Origin: Felis catus
Taxonomy: Eukaryota
Assembly: GCF_018350175.1 (NCBI RefSeq)
Contig: NC_058375.1
Span: 62,001-126,000 of the forward strand
Length of the DNA: 64,000 nt
Reading direction: 5' to 3'
The notes under the pieces were generated by a model. That model did not search any database. It was not told where the DNA came from and saw nothing but the letters and a program-made list of their open reading frames with translations. A program made the translations under genes and the position numbers. Below, one piece after another: positions 22,360 through 35,788 of the stretch (position 1 is its first letter; each line of letters begins with the position of its first letter).

Positions 22360-24480
22360 TACTACCAAACCTCAGCGTGCGCCCGACTTCCGGCTCCAGA
22401 ATGCCGTGCGTTAGCCGCACTTCCTCCAGGAGGGCCCCGCCCCCAATACCGCCCCTCCGCGCCCCACCGGTGGCTCTAAGTTTCTCCAGCGGTGGCTCCG
22501 GAGGCATCCAGGCGGAAGGGCGCATTCACATCCTCCTGGCTCCGGGCTCCCACGGTGGCCGGCGGAATTGGGGCTAATGGCGCAGGCCTGGTTCAGTCAT
22601 GGGTCCCGCACACATCACTGAGCGAGGGGCTGTAGCTCTCGAAAATCGGGCAGAACTGCATATGATAGAATCCTGACCTGCTGCTCACAAATCTGTGTCC
22701 TTCCTGGTTCTAAGAGACAGTAATAGCGGTACCTGTCTGAGGGAAGAGAGGCTGGGACCTGGGGCAACCTCTCCCAGCCCTGCCCGCAGCCTCCCTAGAG
22801 CTCCATGGCACGTGCCTGTGAGATGTCAACGCACTGACAGTGGACAAAATGCATCCAGATGGAAACACTTGACAGAGAGGACTTCTATGCAACAAGCTTT
22901 TACAAATCAATAATAAAAAGCCAAAAACCTAGTAGGAAAAACGGTCTAGTTGAAAAGGCAATGCCTTGGATGGGCAGTTCGCCAAAAAAAAAACAACCAA
23001 AAAAAAACACTGAGGGACAGGCAAGTCTCATCCGGATCAAACGAGGATGAGAATGAGAGTCATTACAATTTCACTGGACAGGCCACATCACGGGGCGGGA
23101 GGGGTGGGGGGTGGGCAATGGACAGATCCCAGAGCCCTTACTGAAGTCCGTTTGGCCAAATCTTCCTTAAAGTACTGTGCCTGTACTTCAGTCGAGCGAG
23201 TCTTCTGCCAGGAACTTGCCTATGAATACACTAGCCCTAGTCCACATACGGGGCTGGGCATGAATGGCCACTTTTCCTCTGCCCTGTCCTGGGTACGGCA
23301 GGTACAAAGGCCCAGAGGCTGGAAGTTTGCCTTGCCTGGAGAAGAAAAGAGGTGGAAGGCCAGCTTGTGCCCTCTTTCCCTCCACCCATCTACCTAAAGG
23401 CAAGGCTCTGTGGGCCTGGACAGCCAGATCCCACAGCCCTCTTGGGAGCAGTCGTGGCTCCTGCCAGGTCCCCCAGGCCATGCACCCCTGTCCTACCACA
23501 CCCTACCCCGCCCCACCCAGTTCAAGGCCTGGTACTTGTAGGGGTTCATGGAGCGAACTCAGCAAAGGCCAGACAGGCAAAGTGGTCTGCGTGGGGTCAC
23601 AAAGGGTCAGGGAGGATGTGGTCCTGGGCTGCCTCAGGCCCCAGGGGCAGCAGGGCCTTCCAAGCTTCGGGTCCAGGGTGCTAACAGGGGCGGGGCTTCT
23701 TGAATGAATTGGCGGGGATGGATGATGGTCGGTGAGGCTTCTCCTAGGCAGGCGGCGGGCGGGGCCCAGGGGGCTTCCTGGAGGAAGAGGCAGGCAGAGC
23801 GCCCAGACATTTGGGAGGATTAGAGTGCCTCGTTCAGTCCCCAAAGACGCGGGCTGCGCGGGAGGCGGAGCGGGCGGCGCCGAGAAACAGCGGCTGCGGG
23901 CAGGCGGCGGGACCGAGGGAAGCTGAGCCGGCCGCCACCGCCTAGCAGCCCTCCAGCCGTCAGTGCGTCCGTTCATCTGTGCGTTCTCCGCGGATCGCGG
24001 CGGGTCCGGCGGCCGAGACCATGCAGCCGCGCAGCGAGCGCCCGGCTGGCAGGACACAAAGCCCGGAGCACGGCAGTCCGGGGCCCGGGCCGGAGGCGCC
24101 GCCGCCGCCACCGCCGCCGCAGCCGCCGGCGTGAGTGGGCCGAGGGTCTGGGGACCGTAAGCCAGACCTGGGGCTGAGTGGGTCCGGAAAGGAGACAAGG
24201 AGGGGCGCGCGCCGACCCTGGCAGGCTGCCCGGAGGAGGCGGCCTCTGCGCCCCGCAGACTCGGCCGGCCGGTGGAGGGTACAACTCCTCCTCCGTTTAT
24301 CGCGCACACAGAGACCTGGGACAGGACGTCCAGAGGTGGCTGCTTCCCGGAGGCTCTGTCCTCTCCCGCCGCCCTTGAATTCCGGCTGCGCTCTTTAGAC
24401 TCAGGCGGCTTGTCTGCAGGATGCGTGTTGGGGGGGCGGGGGGGAAGAGGGGCGGGTGGAGCCGCTCCGGAGGGTCAAGT
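21900..24480. promoter_or_regulatory. Divergent NOC2L/KLHL17 promoter region (two CpG islands)
   Basis: ATGs at 22359 (-) and 24021 (+) face away from each other; CpG-rich blocks ~21900-22620 and ~23730-24480 with GC boxes. Confidence 0.8.
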
Positions 24481-27400
24481 GAGGTCAGGCCTGATGGTGG
24501 GCATAGGGGTCTTCTTCAGAGCTGTCATACAGCATTAGCCAGTTTCGCTTCATGCACGTCCTGTGTGCCCAGCTCGTGCGGAGGACACTGGACTCATGGG
24601 AAACAGGAACGGTGGCGGGTCACAGACAGAAGAGAACCTGGTCCCAAGGAGGGCAGAGGAAGCCTGGTTCTTGGGAGAGTCACAGGCAGAGGGGGTCCTG
24701 GTTCTTATGGGTACACCTGGGCAGGGGGGAGTGTGGTGCCAGGAGGGTCCCAGCAGAGGAAGCCGTATCGGCCCGACAGTCGACATCAGGTGCGTGACTG
24801 AACCTCACGCTAGGAACAGGGACGGGGCAGTTTTGCTGGACTCCAGGGAGGCTCCCCGTATGTGAGGAAAAGTTGAGGAGGGTGGTCCTTGATGGAAGCC
24901 AGGCACGGGCTGCTGGACGGAGGGGTGACCTCCTGGGTGTCCTGGCCCTGCCCGAGGTTTCAGGGGTGGGTGGACAACTCCCTGCAGAGTGCACCCTGAC
25001 CTGGCACTACCCACCTGCAGCCCAGAGGCAGAGCGTGCGCGTCCTCGGCAGGCCCGGCCCACGGCCCCCATGGAGGGTGCAATGCAGCTGCTGAGCCGTG
25101 AGGGCCACACTGTGTCCCACAACTCCAAACGGCACTATCACGACGCCTTCGTGGCCATGAGCCGCATGAGGCAGCGTGGCCTCCTGTGTGACATCGTCCT
25201 GCACGTGGCAGCCAAGGAGATCCGAGCACACAAGGTGGTGCTAGCCTCCTGCAGCCCCTACTTCCACGCCATGTTCACAAGCAAGTACCACCACATCCAG
25301 TCTGGGCACTTGGGGGGCTCCGCAGATCTCACAGGGCAGGGACCGGCCTGACCCGCTGTCCCCACAGATGAGATGAGTGAGAGCCGCCAGACGCACGTGA
25401 CGCTGCACGACATTGACCCTCAGGCCTTGGACCAGCTGGTGCAGTTTGCATACACTGCCGAGATCGTCGTGGGCGAGGGCAACGTACAGGTGAGGGTGCC
25501 TCATCTCACAACCCACGGCACCTCTCCTGGGCCTCGTGCCTCAGCTCCCGGTGTCTTCTCGTGCCTCTCCCTGTCCCTCAGTGCCTCACGTCCCGTTTCT
25601 CCGTCCCTCTTCCCCTGGCTCTCTCTCATCTCACCCCACAGACTCTGCTCCCAGCTGCCAGCCTCCTGCAGCTGAATGGCGTCCGTGACGCCTGCTGCAA
25701 GTTCCTGCTGAGTCAGCTCGACCCCTCCAACTGCCTGGGCATCCGGGGCTTTGCTGACACACATTCCTGCGGTGACCTGCTCAAGGCAGCACACAGGTAC
25801 GTGCTGCAGCACTTCGTGGATGTGGCCAAGACTGAGGAGTTCATGCTGTTGCCACTAAAGCAGGTAACGTGCCAGCTGGCATACAGCCTCGACCCTGACC
25901 CAGTCCCTAGACCCTGGACCCCAGACCCCGTCCTTAGACCCCTGGCTCCCTTCATCTTGGCCCTTAAGACCTGGCCCTTTGCCCCCCTCCCCCCGCCCCC
26001 AACCCTTATTCCCAACCTCTGACCCACGCTCCAGGCTCACGACCCATCCCCTGACCAAGCCCCACAACCTCATCCCCATTTTCTGACCCACCTAAGCGTT
26101 CAACCTTTGACTTCTGATCCCATCCTGCCCTGACCACATCCCTGCCTACAACCTCTAGTCCCTGGTTCCACGTCCCCAGGACTGCTCTGGGCCTAGGTCC
26201 CCAGGAACCAAATCTGTGGCTCCTGACCTTGCTTGGCCCCTTCTCATAGGAACTCTGGGCTCCCTATCAGACTCTCCCTCCCAGGCACCTTCAGGGCTCC
26301 ATGGGCCCCCAAGACCCTCCCCAGATCTCAGGTCTGAGGGTCCCCACCTCCAGGTGCTGGAACTGGTCTCCAGCGACAGCCTGAACGTGCCTTCGGAGGA
26401 GGACGTCTACCGTGCCGTCCTGAGCTGGGTCAAGCATGACGTGGACTCTCGGAGACAGCATGTCCCAAGGGTGAGGCCAGCGCCTGGGGGGGCCCAGTGT
26501 ACCCGGGAGGGGCTGCACAGTGGCTGAGGGCCTGGGTGCACCTGGGCTCTGCCGTGTCCAGAGACCCTTCACAGGAGTGATGCAGGCACGTGTTTCAGGA
26601 AGGGTCCAGGGTGTCTGAGAGTGAGTCTCTTCACTGGGGCCTGCCCCCTGACCATGGCACCCCTGCACCCCCCCAGCTGATGAAGTGTGTGCGCCTGCCC
26701 CTGCTGAGCCGGGACTTCCTGCTGGGCCATGTGGATGCCGAGAGCCTGGTGAGGCACCACCCTGACTGCAAGGACCTGCTCATTGAGGCCCTCAAGTTCC
26801 ACCTGCTGCCTGAGCAGAGGGGCGTTCTGGGCACCAGCCGTACGCGGCCCCGGCGCTGTGAGGGCGCTGGCCCTGTGCTCTTTGCTGTGGGTATGTTCAC
26901 CTATCGTGTCCCCTGGTTTCCAGGCCCCCCACATCACCTCCTTCTCCCCTCCCATCCCTGATCTATGCTGACCTAGGCCAGCGCAAGCCTACCCCACGTT
27001 ATATTGGTCACATCCTGCACCCACCCCACACCAGCTCCTCTTGTCAGCCTGCGGAGGACCCCGAGTGGTGTGACCCGCTCACCAATCCCCACCCCCACCC
27101 ACCCTTCGAGCCCCCATACTCTTGACCTTGACCTATGCTAGAGACCCCCAGCCCATTGCCTCCCTGGGGCCCCTTGTCCTGCCCTGTCACCTCCCCATCC
27201 CTAGGTGGAGGGAGCCTGTTCGCCATCCACGGGGACTGTGAAGCATACGACACACGCACTGACCGCTGGCACGTGGTGGCCTCCATGTCCACGCGCCGGG
27301 CCCGGGTGGGCGTGGCAGCAGTTGGGAACCGGCTGTATGCCGTGGGTGGGTAAGTGCGGAGGCTGGTCTGGGGTCAGGGGCTCAGCATATACCGCTGGGC

Positions 27401-29268
27401 CAATCCTGACCGGCAACGGACCCCTCCCCTAGTTACGATGGGACTTCAGACCTGGCCACCGTAGAGTCGTACGACCCCGTGACCAACACCTGGCAGCCTG
27501 AGGTGTCCATGGGCACAAGGCGCAGCTGCCTGGGTGTGGCCGCCCTGCATGGGCTCCTGTATGCAGCTGGTGGCTACGATGGGGCCTCCTGCCTCAACAG
27601 GTAGTGGCCGGGGTCGGGGCCGGGTGGCCTCTTGGGGTTGGTTTGGCTGTAGGTGTGGCCGCATCAGGGTTGCAGAAGTCATGCCTGAGGGGAGCAAAGA
27701 GGGATCCCACCTGACTCGAGTCACCCGGTGCCCTGGGCTTCTCCATCTGCACCAGCCCAGCTGCCCTTTCTTTTCCTCTCAAGTTCTTCCCAGCAGCCCG
27801 GGGGCTGGGCCCATGTGGACACTTGCCCAGGGTCTTTCAGGCAGCCAGCCAGCGGCTCATGCCCACCCAGAAGGCCTGTTTCTTGCTGCAGTGGGATTCT
27901 GGGGTCAGTCTCTGTGACTGCCCAGCATGGGACTGTAGTCATTCCGTAGGGGAGGGCAGGTCCTGGAACCAGGGCAGCCTTTCTGCCACTGCTCAAGGTC
28001 AGTAGCAGACCTGGTGTCCACAGTGCTGAGCGCTATGACCCTCTGACGGGAACATGGACGTCCATCGCTGCCATGAGCACCCGGAGGCGATACGTGCGTG
28101 TGGCCATGCTTGGTGGGTGACAGAGCCTGCTTTGTGTAGTGCCCACACCCCCACCCCTACCTGCCCCCACCCTGAGGACCCCACATGTAGCAAGCACGCC
28201 GTGGGTATGTTGACTCTCTGCAGATGGGAACTTGTACGCGGTGGGTGGTTACGACAGCTCATCGCACCTGGCAACTGTGGAGAAGTATGAGCCCCAGGTA
28301 CGAACCCTCACGTTGATTTCCCTTTCTAAGAGCTATTTGAGGTCATCACTCTGGTCACCCATGTCACCCAGAGGGTCAACCCTCTGCATCCCATCCCTTT
28401 CGCACAGATACCCTGCCCCGGAGTAGGGGTCTGCGCTGTGGAGAAGGGAGGCTTGTGGTGGGTCTGCCCCCAGCCACTTTCCTCAACCACAGGTAAACGC
28501 GTGGACCCCCGTGGCTTCCATGTTGAGCCGACGAAGCTCAGCAGGGGTGGCCGTGCTGGAGGGGGCTCTCTACGTGGCCGGCGGCAATGATGGCACCAGC
28601 TGCCTCAACTCTGTGGAGAGATACAGCCCTAAGGCGGGTGCCTGGGAGAGTGTAGCACCTATGAACATCCGAAGGTGCGCTCGCCCCTCCTCCACAGCCC
28701 GGGGGTCTTCACCACCACCTACCAGCGCCTGGCAGATAGGTCTAAGGGCCTCACCCCTGTGGGGTGTGCCAACCCCTCCCTTCTGTAACCACCCCCCCAC
28801 CTCCCCGCCAGCTCCAGGTCCCCGCCCCCAGAGGCTCCTCCCCTGGCCCTGCCCCCAGAAGTTCCGCCCTGGTCCCACCCCAGAAGCGCCTCCCTGGTCC
28901 CGCCCCCAGAAGCTTCTCTCCCCCCCCCCCCCCCCCCCCCCCCCCGCCCCAGAAGCGCCTTCCTGGCCCCGCCCCCAGAAGCTCCTCCCTGGCACCACCC
29001 CCAAGGCTCACCACCCCGACCCCACCCCCACGCCTCTAGGAGCACCCACGACCTAGTGGCCATGGACGGCTGGCTGTACGCGGTGGGGGGCAACGATGGC
29101 AGCTCCAGCCTCAACTCCATCGAGAAGTATAACCCGAGGACCAACAAGTGGGTGGCCGCGTCCTGCATGTTCACGCGGCGCAGCAGCGTGGGCGCGGCGG
29201 TGCTCGAGCTGCTCAACTTCCCGCCGCCCTCTTCACCCACGCTGTCCGTGTCGTCCACCAGCCTCTGA
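24021..29268 (+). CDS. KLHL17: Kelch-like protein 17 (actinfilin), BTB-BACK-Kelch, 643 aa
   Basis: Exons 24021-24130, 25021-25280 (GC donor), 25368-25489, 25642-25863, 26354-26470, 26677-26890, 27205-27349, 27433-27600, 28024-28112, 28224-28297, 28493-28674, 29040-29268 (TGA); total 1932 nt. N-terminus [52 protein letters not shown], repeated LYAVGGxDG Kelch motifs. Confidence 0.98.
28815..29010. repeat. C-rich minisatellite (~25-26 bp unit) in KLHL17 intron 11
   Basis: About 7 degenerate copies of ctggycccgcccccagaagc..., with an internal poly-C run at ~28920-28945. Confidence 0.85.
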
Positions 29269-29905
29269 GCCGCCGCGCGGATTGCACAGAGACCCAGCCC
29301 CGCGGCCTCCCACATGCCTTAAGCCCCAAGGGGTGGCCCCAGCGCCTCGTGTGTCGGGGGCGGGGTGCTCGACCCCCACCGGGAAAGTCCTGCCCTGTGT
29401 GTCCCTGTCTCTCTGCGTCGAGGCTGTCCATTTCTGTGTTCGTTCCTCAGTGTTTGTGTGTGTACCGTTTATTTACTTAATGGTTGGTTTATTCATTGTT
29501 TATTGATCGATGAGCAGCGCAGCACCCACCAGTTTACAGTTTCCCCTTGAAGTGTCCTGTGTCTCTGGGACCAAGCTGCCTTCCCCTGAGTCCTGCGGCC
29601 CCACTGGGGGCACCAGGGAGAGATGGGTCAGGGGTGAACTCAGACTCTGCAGACCTAGATGGACTGAGGGGCAGATGCAGAGCAGCAGGCCAGGATTAGT
29701 GGGGTGGGGGCTTTCTGCGCAGGTGCAGACCCTTCCAGCCTGGGCTTTGCACACCACCCCTACCATGCCCAGCCAGGCACACTCCCAAGGAAGTCATGAA
29801 GCAGCAGGCTTCCTTCTCGTGGGCATGGTGTCTTTTCTGGATCCTGCACTGAGCTGAGCACAAGCGTGCCACAGACCCCACACAGCAATATGAGCCAACT
29901 TGAAC

Positions 29906-29911
29906 AATAAA
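29906..29911 (+). terminator. KLHL17 polyadenylation signal (AATAAA)
   Basis: AATAAA ~640 nt after the stop codon, followed by a U/GU-rich stretch. Confidence 0.75.
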
Positions 29912-30855
29912 CATGTTTCTTGGGCTCTGGGGGCTTGAGGCTGAGTGTACATCTCCACCCTTTGGGGTCCTGCCTGGAATGACCGGGAGGGCGCGGGGAC
30001 AGGCGTGCGGCTGGGTAAGGCTCTGCGCTGGCAGCTGGGGGCTTTGAGGCAGCATTGTCACATCCAGGTGGGACAGGGAGGTGATGTGGACAAGCACCCG
30101 GCCAGGAGTGTGGTTTGCTGTCAGCACGGTCCGGAGAGGCCTTCATGGTCCCATCTCATCGTCCCAGGCTCTGGAGAGGGGGGTGGGTGTACACAGCATT
30201 ACCCCTGCCTCACCGTAATGGTCCTGGGGACACCCAGGAGGTTTGTGGCCTCCCTTCTGGGCATTGGCCAGGGACGGAGAGGTTGGGGGAGGGTCCTGGC
30301 TTCCCCTTCCCTAAAGTTGCACACTCCTGTTTCAGCAGCTGGGAGTAAGCACACACCCCCTTAGTCAGTGGTGACTCAATGGCATTTGGGTGGAAACAGG
30401 ATGTGTGCTCTCAGTGGGGAGGGGTTGTATCAGGCAGAGGAGGGGGGGGGGGATCCTTGGGCTCACGGAGCTCCAGCCCCAGGCAACCCCAACCCGAGTG
30501 TTGGCAGGCCACATACTCATAAACCAGGCCTTTGAGGCGACTGCTGTACAGACTGGAGGCCAAGATGGGTGCTCTTGGCTGGACCCCAGGAGAAGACTCT
30601 TCCCACCCCCCACACCCCTACCCCCACCCCAACTCCAGCCTAGCCTGTGTGTGTGTGGAGGACCAGGTCAGAGAGCTGAAAGGCTTGGGCCCAGGGAAGG
30701 GTGGGTCCCTCCCAGAAAGGCTCCACCCTCGTCCGGCCCTTAGGTATAGGGCAAGACTTCCCAGAGCCCCGCCTGGGAGGTGGGACGTGAGGCTCAGTAC
30801 CGAGGGACACAGACCAGTCGACCTGTTCCACTGGGGCACGCCACTACCGCCGCCC

Positions 30856-33800
30856 ATGGGGAACAGCCACTGCGTCCCTCAGGCCCCTAGGAGGCTCCGG
30901 GCCTCCTTCTCCAGAAAGCCCTCGCTGAAGGGAAATAGGTGAGGGCGGGGGGTGGGGGGGGCGGGGAGGGGGGGAGCTCAGCCTCGGCCGCTAGGTCACA
31001 GGGTGTCCCTCAGTCTGCCTCTGGGGCCAGGCTGTGAGCCCCACTTCACTTGTCCCCAGAGAGGATGGCGCAAGGAAGCTGGCTGGCCTGTTTGGCACCG
31101 AGGCCGGTCCTGACGGGGACACCACTGCTGACAAGATCTTCTACTACGTCCCTGGGACGGTGAGCAGGCGGGTGGGCGTGTCCCAGCTCACAGGGGTGCG
31201 GTGGCGGTGGTCTCCGTGTGGCTGTGTGTGCCTGTCCTATCTTCGCTCAGCCCAGGGTCTTACCCCCTCAGCCTGGGGGGAGTCAGATCCCGAGTGAGGT
31301 GAGGAAGCAGACGCTGCCCCACCCTAGGGAGCTCATGCGGCCGAAAGTCTGAGTGGAGAGCGAAACTGAGAGACACTGAGTCAGTGGGGCGAGGGAGCAC
31401 CGGGCAGGGGCGGGCCACAGGCGGGGCCTCCAGGAGTCTCTCTGCTACGCGGGAGGGGGCCCCAAGGTCAGGCTGTCCACTCAGAACCGTACCTGTGGTG
31501 TCTGCCCACCCCCAGGACTTGGGCTCGGGACAGCATGTCCAGGCATATTCGAGATGGACCAAGCGCATGTATCTATGTCGCCGCGTGGGCGCGGGTGTCA
31601 CGGTGGTGGTGTGGCTGTGAACCCCCACCCTCTGTCATTACTCTGAGAGGAAGAGGGTTTAGGTGAACAGTGAGCCAGCCTCTCACCTACTCTGGACCTG
31701 TTTCTCCCAGGGGGTATCTCGGCATCCACTACTGCCTCATTCCACAGCAGCCCACTGTGCCCCGCCCCCCCCTAAGGCCACACAGCAGGGATGTGGCTCC
31801 CGTGTGCTAGGCCCGCCTCTGAACTGAATTCCACCCCCTCTCACCCTGCCCACCTCCTTGAGGCTAAGGATTAGCTGAGTGGGGAGAGACCTCAAGCCCT
31901 CTTCCCCAGCTTGGATAGCATTGGGTAGGGGTGAGGCTCTGCTATGTGCAGAGACCCCGGCACGTGAGGGAAATGAGCCTCCAATTTCTTGGGAGACATA
32001 GAAGTAGTAACATTTGTGACTCTGGGCCAGGGCCCACGCCCTGCATCCCTCTGTCCTCGCACTGCCCCTTTGAGGCCTAGCAGCTGGTGTGGGCTTCCAG
32101 AGCTCACCTTTCCAACGTGTTCCTCTCAGGCTGGGAAGCCCACCCCTGTCCCCTCTCTTGCCCTCTGTGGTCCCGGGGCTCTCCGCAGGCAAAGTGCTGG
32201 CTTGAGAAACCATGCTGCCTCAGAGAAGTGGGCAGGGCACTCTGTCCAGGGTCTGGCTGGGCTGGGCTGGAGTCCCTCCATGTGGCCGCATCTCAGACCT
32301 CGACTCTCTCCGTCCCAGCCTGGGACACATCATGTGACCCTGGTGGAGTCACGTGAGGTGTGGTGGCCCTGGTGGTCCTCTTTTGCCAGGACATAGCAGG
32401 AAAGGGGACCAGGCAGGTTGAACCTACAAATGAACCAACCTTGCCACAGCTATGAGCTAACTCCTCCCTGGGCCCTAAGGCTGGGCCCGGGCCACAGGGC
32501 CAGCTCTGTGGCCCTTCCTTCCTGCTCCATGGCCTAATTTTCATGGGTCCCATCCCTGAGCTGTTCCCCACACTGGGTGTGGGTACAGGAGGCCCCACCC
32601 AGAGTCAGGGAGGCCAGGAAGCCGTGAGCCTGTTCACATTCCTGGGCTTGCCCAAGGGGTGGCTTAGCTTGGCCGGGACCCAGCAGCCTTTGAGACGGCC
32701 CCTGCTAGCACCCAAATGAAGCATGGCCCCAACTCGCCCCTGAGCCCCTAGACCTCAGCCCTTCCAGCCAGGGTGTCAGGTCAACACCCATCCCTATCCG
32801 ACTCCCAATCTGATGATTAACCCCCCCCCCCCCACCGACTACAGAGGATGCCCTGTGTGCCAGAATCAGCTAAGTGTGTGTGGGCACTGACAACCCCTCC
32901 CCTCAGCAGACAGGCACTGAACCTCCAGCACATCCCAGGCCTGGCCTGGGCCCTGGGGATACAGCAGTGGGCAAAATAGACAAAGACCCCATTCTCTTGA
33001 TATTCCCATCCCTGTGACAGAGCCAGATAACAAGTAAAAGATATGATAAGTCAGATGTGGTGGCGTTAAGGAGAAAAGTAAAGGAGGAAAGGTGTGCGGA
33101 GGGATCGGGGAAGGTTACAAAGTTACCCAGAAGGGATCTCCTAGAGAAGGTGATATCTGAGCCAAGTCCTGATGGGTGAGAAGAGTTGGCCTGAGTAGTC
33201 CAGGCAGAGAGACAGCAAGTACAAAGGCCCTGAGGCAGCCTATGCCTGATATGAGAGAACAGGACTAGAGGAGGGGGCAGATCACAGAGGACCCTTCGAG
33301 CCATTTCCAGGACCTTGGGCTTCTCTGTGGGTGAGGTTAAGGGGCCCGCCGTGGTGTGCCAAAGCTGTCGGCACAGACTCTCAAGGGCTGATCTGATGCA
33401 TCTTTTTCCAGCTCCCCAGTCACTGACATGCTGGTAGTTTGAAATGGGCCATGGTGGGAGTATTTACATCGAAATCACCTCCCCCCCTTTGTAGAACCAG
33501 GTATTAAATATTTACAGCCAACACTACAAGCATGGGAGTGTTTCGAGCACCGTCTCCGTCAGATGCCCCCAAACCCCTCTGACCGACAAGTCTTTGGAGG
33601 CTGAGTAACTGACACAAGGGTACGCAGCTGAGGAAATGTCTAAAATGAGGGTTGGATCTCCGCTGAGTTCAGACTTCGCTGTCTCTACCACTGGGCCATG
33701 TAATTTTATGACCGGCAGGCAGTGTTCGCTCGTGTGTGTATCTTCCCACTATTTCCACGTTAAGAAGCTGTGAGTGTGTATACGGTTCTGTACCTATGAG

Positions 33801-35746
33801 CGATGGTGTGTGTGTGTGTGTGTGTGTGTGTTCCTAACCTTTGTATTGTGTAACTGTAGGGGTGTGTATGGGCGGGGCAGCTGGTCCCAGGTCAGGCCCC
33901 CTCCCCTGAGCTCTGCTCCCCGCAGGACATCCCAGATTTGGAGCGCCAGCGAGAAAATCTAGAGCAGCCGTTCCTGAGTGTGTTCAAGAAGGGGCGGCGG
34001 AGGGTGCCTGTGAGGAATCTGGGCAAGGTTATACACTATGCCAAGGTCCGGCTGCGATTCCAGCACAGCCAGGTGGGGCCGGGCCGGGCCGAGCGGGGAG
34101 GGGGCAGGGGTGCTCGGGTACCAGCCTGGGGCCTGACCCCCAGCCCGTCACACCGGCAGCCCTGCTCTCCCCCAGGACATCAGCGACTGCTTCCTGGAGC
34201 TGTTCCCCTGTTACCTGTACTTCCAGGCCCATGGCTCCAAAGGACTCACCTTCCAGGTGCGGGGAAACAGGCAAAGGGCGGAGGCTAGGGGTAGAGGAAG
34301 AGAGCAGCCTCCTGGGAGGTGGGTATCCACGTCCCACTAGGGGTCCCCCAGCCCTCCTCTCCCCCACGTGCTCTGGCAGGGGCTGTTACCACTGATGGAG
34401 CTGAGTGTCTGCCCGCTCGAGGGATCCAGAGAGCATGCCTTCCAGATCACAGGTGTGTGGGGGGCGTGGGTGGACCTGGCCCCCAGGAGGGACCTCTAGC
34501 TGGGGCTGCTCAGGGACCTCGGTCTGGCTGAGCTTCAGAACAACGGAGGGACCCTGAGTGCACTGGGGGATCCTGGCTTTTCCTCCAGTGTGCCCATGAG
34601 CATTTGCTGGGCAGGGGTGCAAGGTGGCGGGTAGGGGACCTCCAGGGCTGCGAATGTGGCCCTGTGAGTGGCCGATGGTCCCAGATGGTGTCACAGGCTC
34701 CTCCTGTTCCAGGCCTTGGGGTGCCCAGGGATCCCTTGGGCAGGGCCTTTCCTGTGGGCTGCTGGCCCAGCCCACTCCACTCCTCCACCCCCAGGCCCGC
34801 TGCCTGCTCCCCTTCTCGTGCTCTGCTCCAGCCAGGCTGAGCTGGGCCGCTGGCTGTACCACCTGGAAAAGCAGATGGCCCTCGTGGGAGGGCTGCAGCA
34901 CTGCCACTCATCGCCCCCGCAGGTGAGTGCCAGGAACCCCCACCCCCCTTTCCATCCCCCCTGCGCCCACACCCTCTGCCTGCCCCTGACCTCCCTCCAC
35001 TAGGGCCTCCCTGAGGACGAGCTGCCCTGGACTCTGCAGCGCAGACTGACCCGGCTGCGGACAGCATCGGGGCGTCAGATGGTGGGTAGTGCCATCTGTG
35101 CCTCGAGGGTCAAGCTTCAGCATCTGCCTTCACAGGTGCGTGGGAGGCGGGGGGGGGGGCAGGGGTGACAGGAGATGGGGCCACAGGGATGAAGACATGG
35201 GGGCACAGGACGGATGGGAGGGGGAATGGAGGAGGGGACAAAAGATGGGGGAGGGGTGAGGAACGGGGTCCAGGCCCTCGCACACACTGGTCGAGCCCCC
35301 CCTCTGCCTTTGACTCCCTTGCAGGAACAGTGGGACCGGCTCTTGGTCCTGTACCCGACATCACTGGCCATTTTCTCTGAGGAAGCGGATGGGCTTTGCT
35401 TTAAGGTGGGTCCCTCCCCACTGTGGACCTGCCCCAGGGAGACACCCTGTGTGTGGGGGTGGGAGAGGGCAGTGGCTCCGGAGGAACCTGTATTTCGGGG
35501 CCTGTTGGGACAGAGTGTGCTGGCCCCACCCACCTGGCCCGCTGCCCTGGTCAGTCTGGTCTCAGCTGTGATGTGGCTAAGGAGGGACCCCTGCGTAGGA
35601 CCCCTTATTATGCCAGAGCATCCTCCACCACCAGCAGGACCGTCACAGAGGCAGGGTGCATGGGGGCAGAACCCCTCCTGGGAGGCACTCTTGTGTTGGC
35701 CCCCAGTATCTCTGAGAGGGGCCTATACCTCCGAGCGGACATTTTC

Positions 35747-35788
<42 letters not shown>

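Noticed and set aside
23503-24309. 268-aa minus-strand ORF at the KLHL17 promoter
   Set aside because: GC-island stop depletion; no recognisable domain.
25864-26353. Recurrent (T)GACCC words in KLHL17 intron 4
   Set aside because: Low-complexity C-rich sequence without a stable period; no supportable function.
28815-29010. CRISPR-like repeat array
   Set aside because: Eukaryotic intron, no unique spacers; it is a degenerate minisatellite.
33345-33530. Possible ancient DNA transposon fragment
   Set aside because: Looks repeat-derived, but I cannot assign a family from sequence alone.
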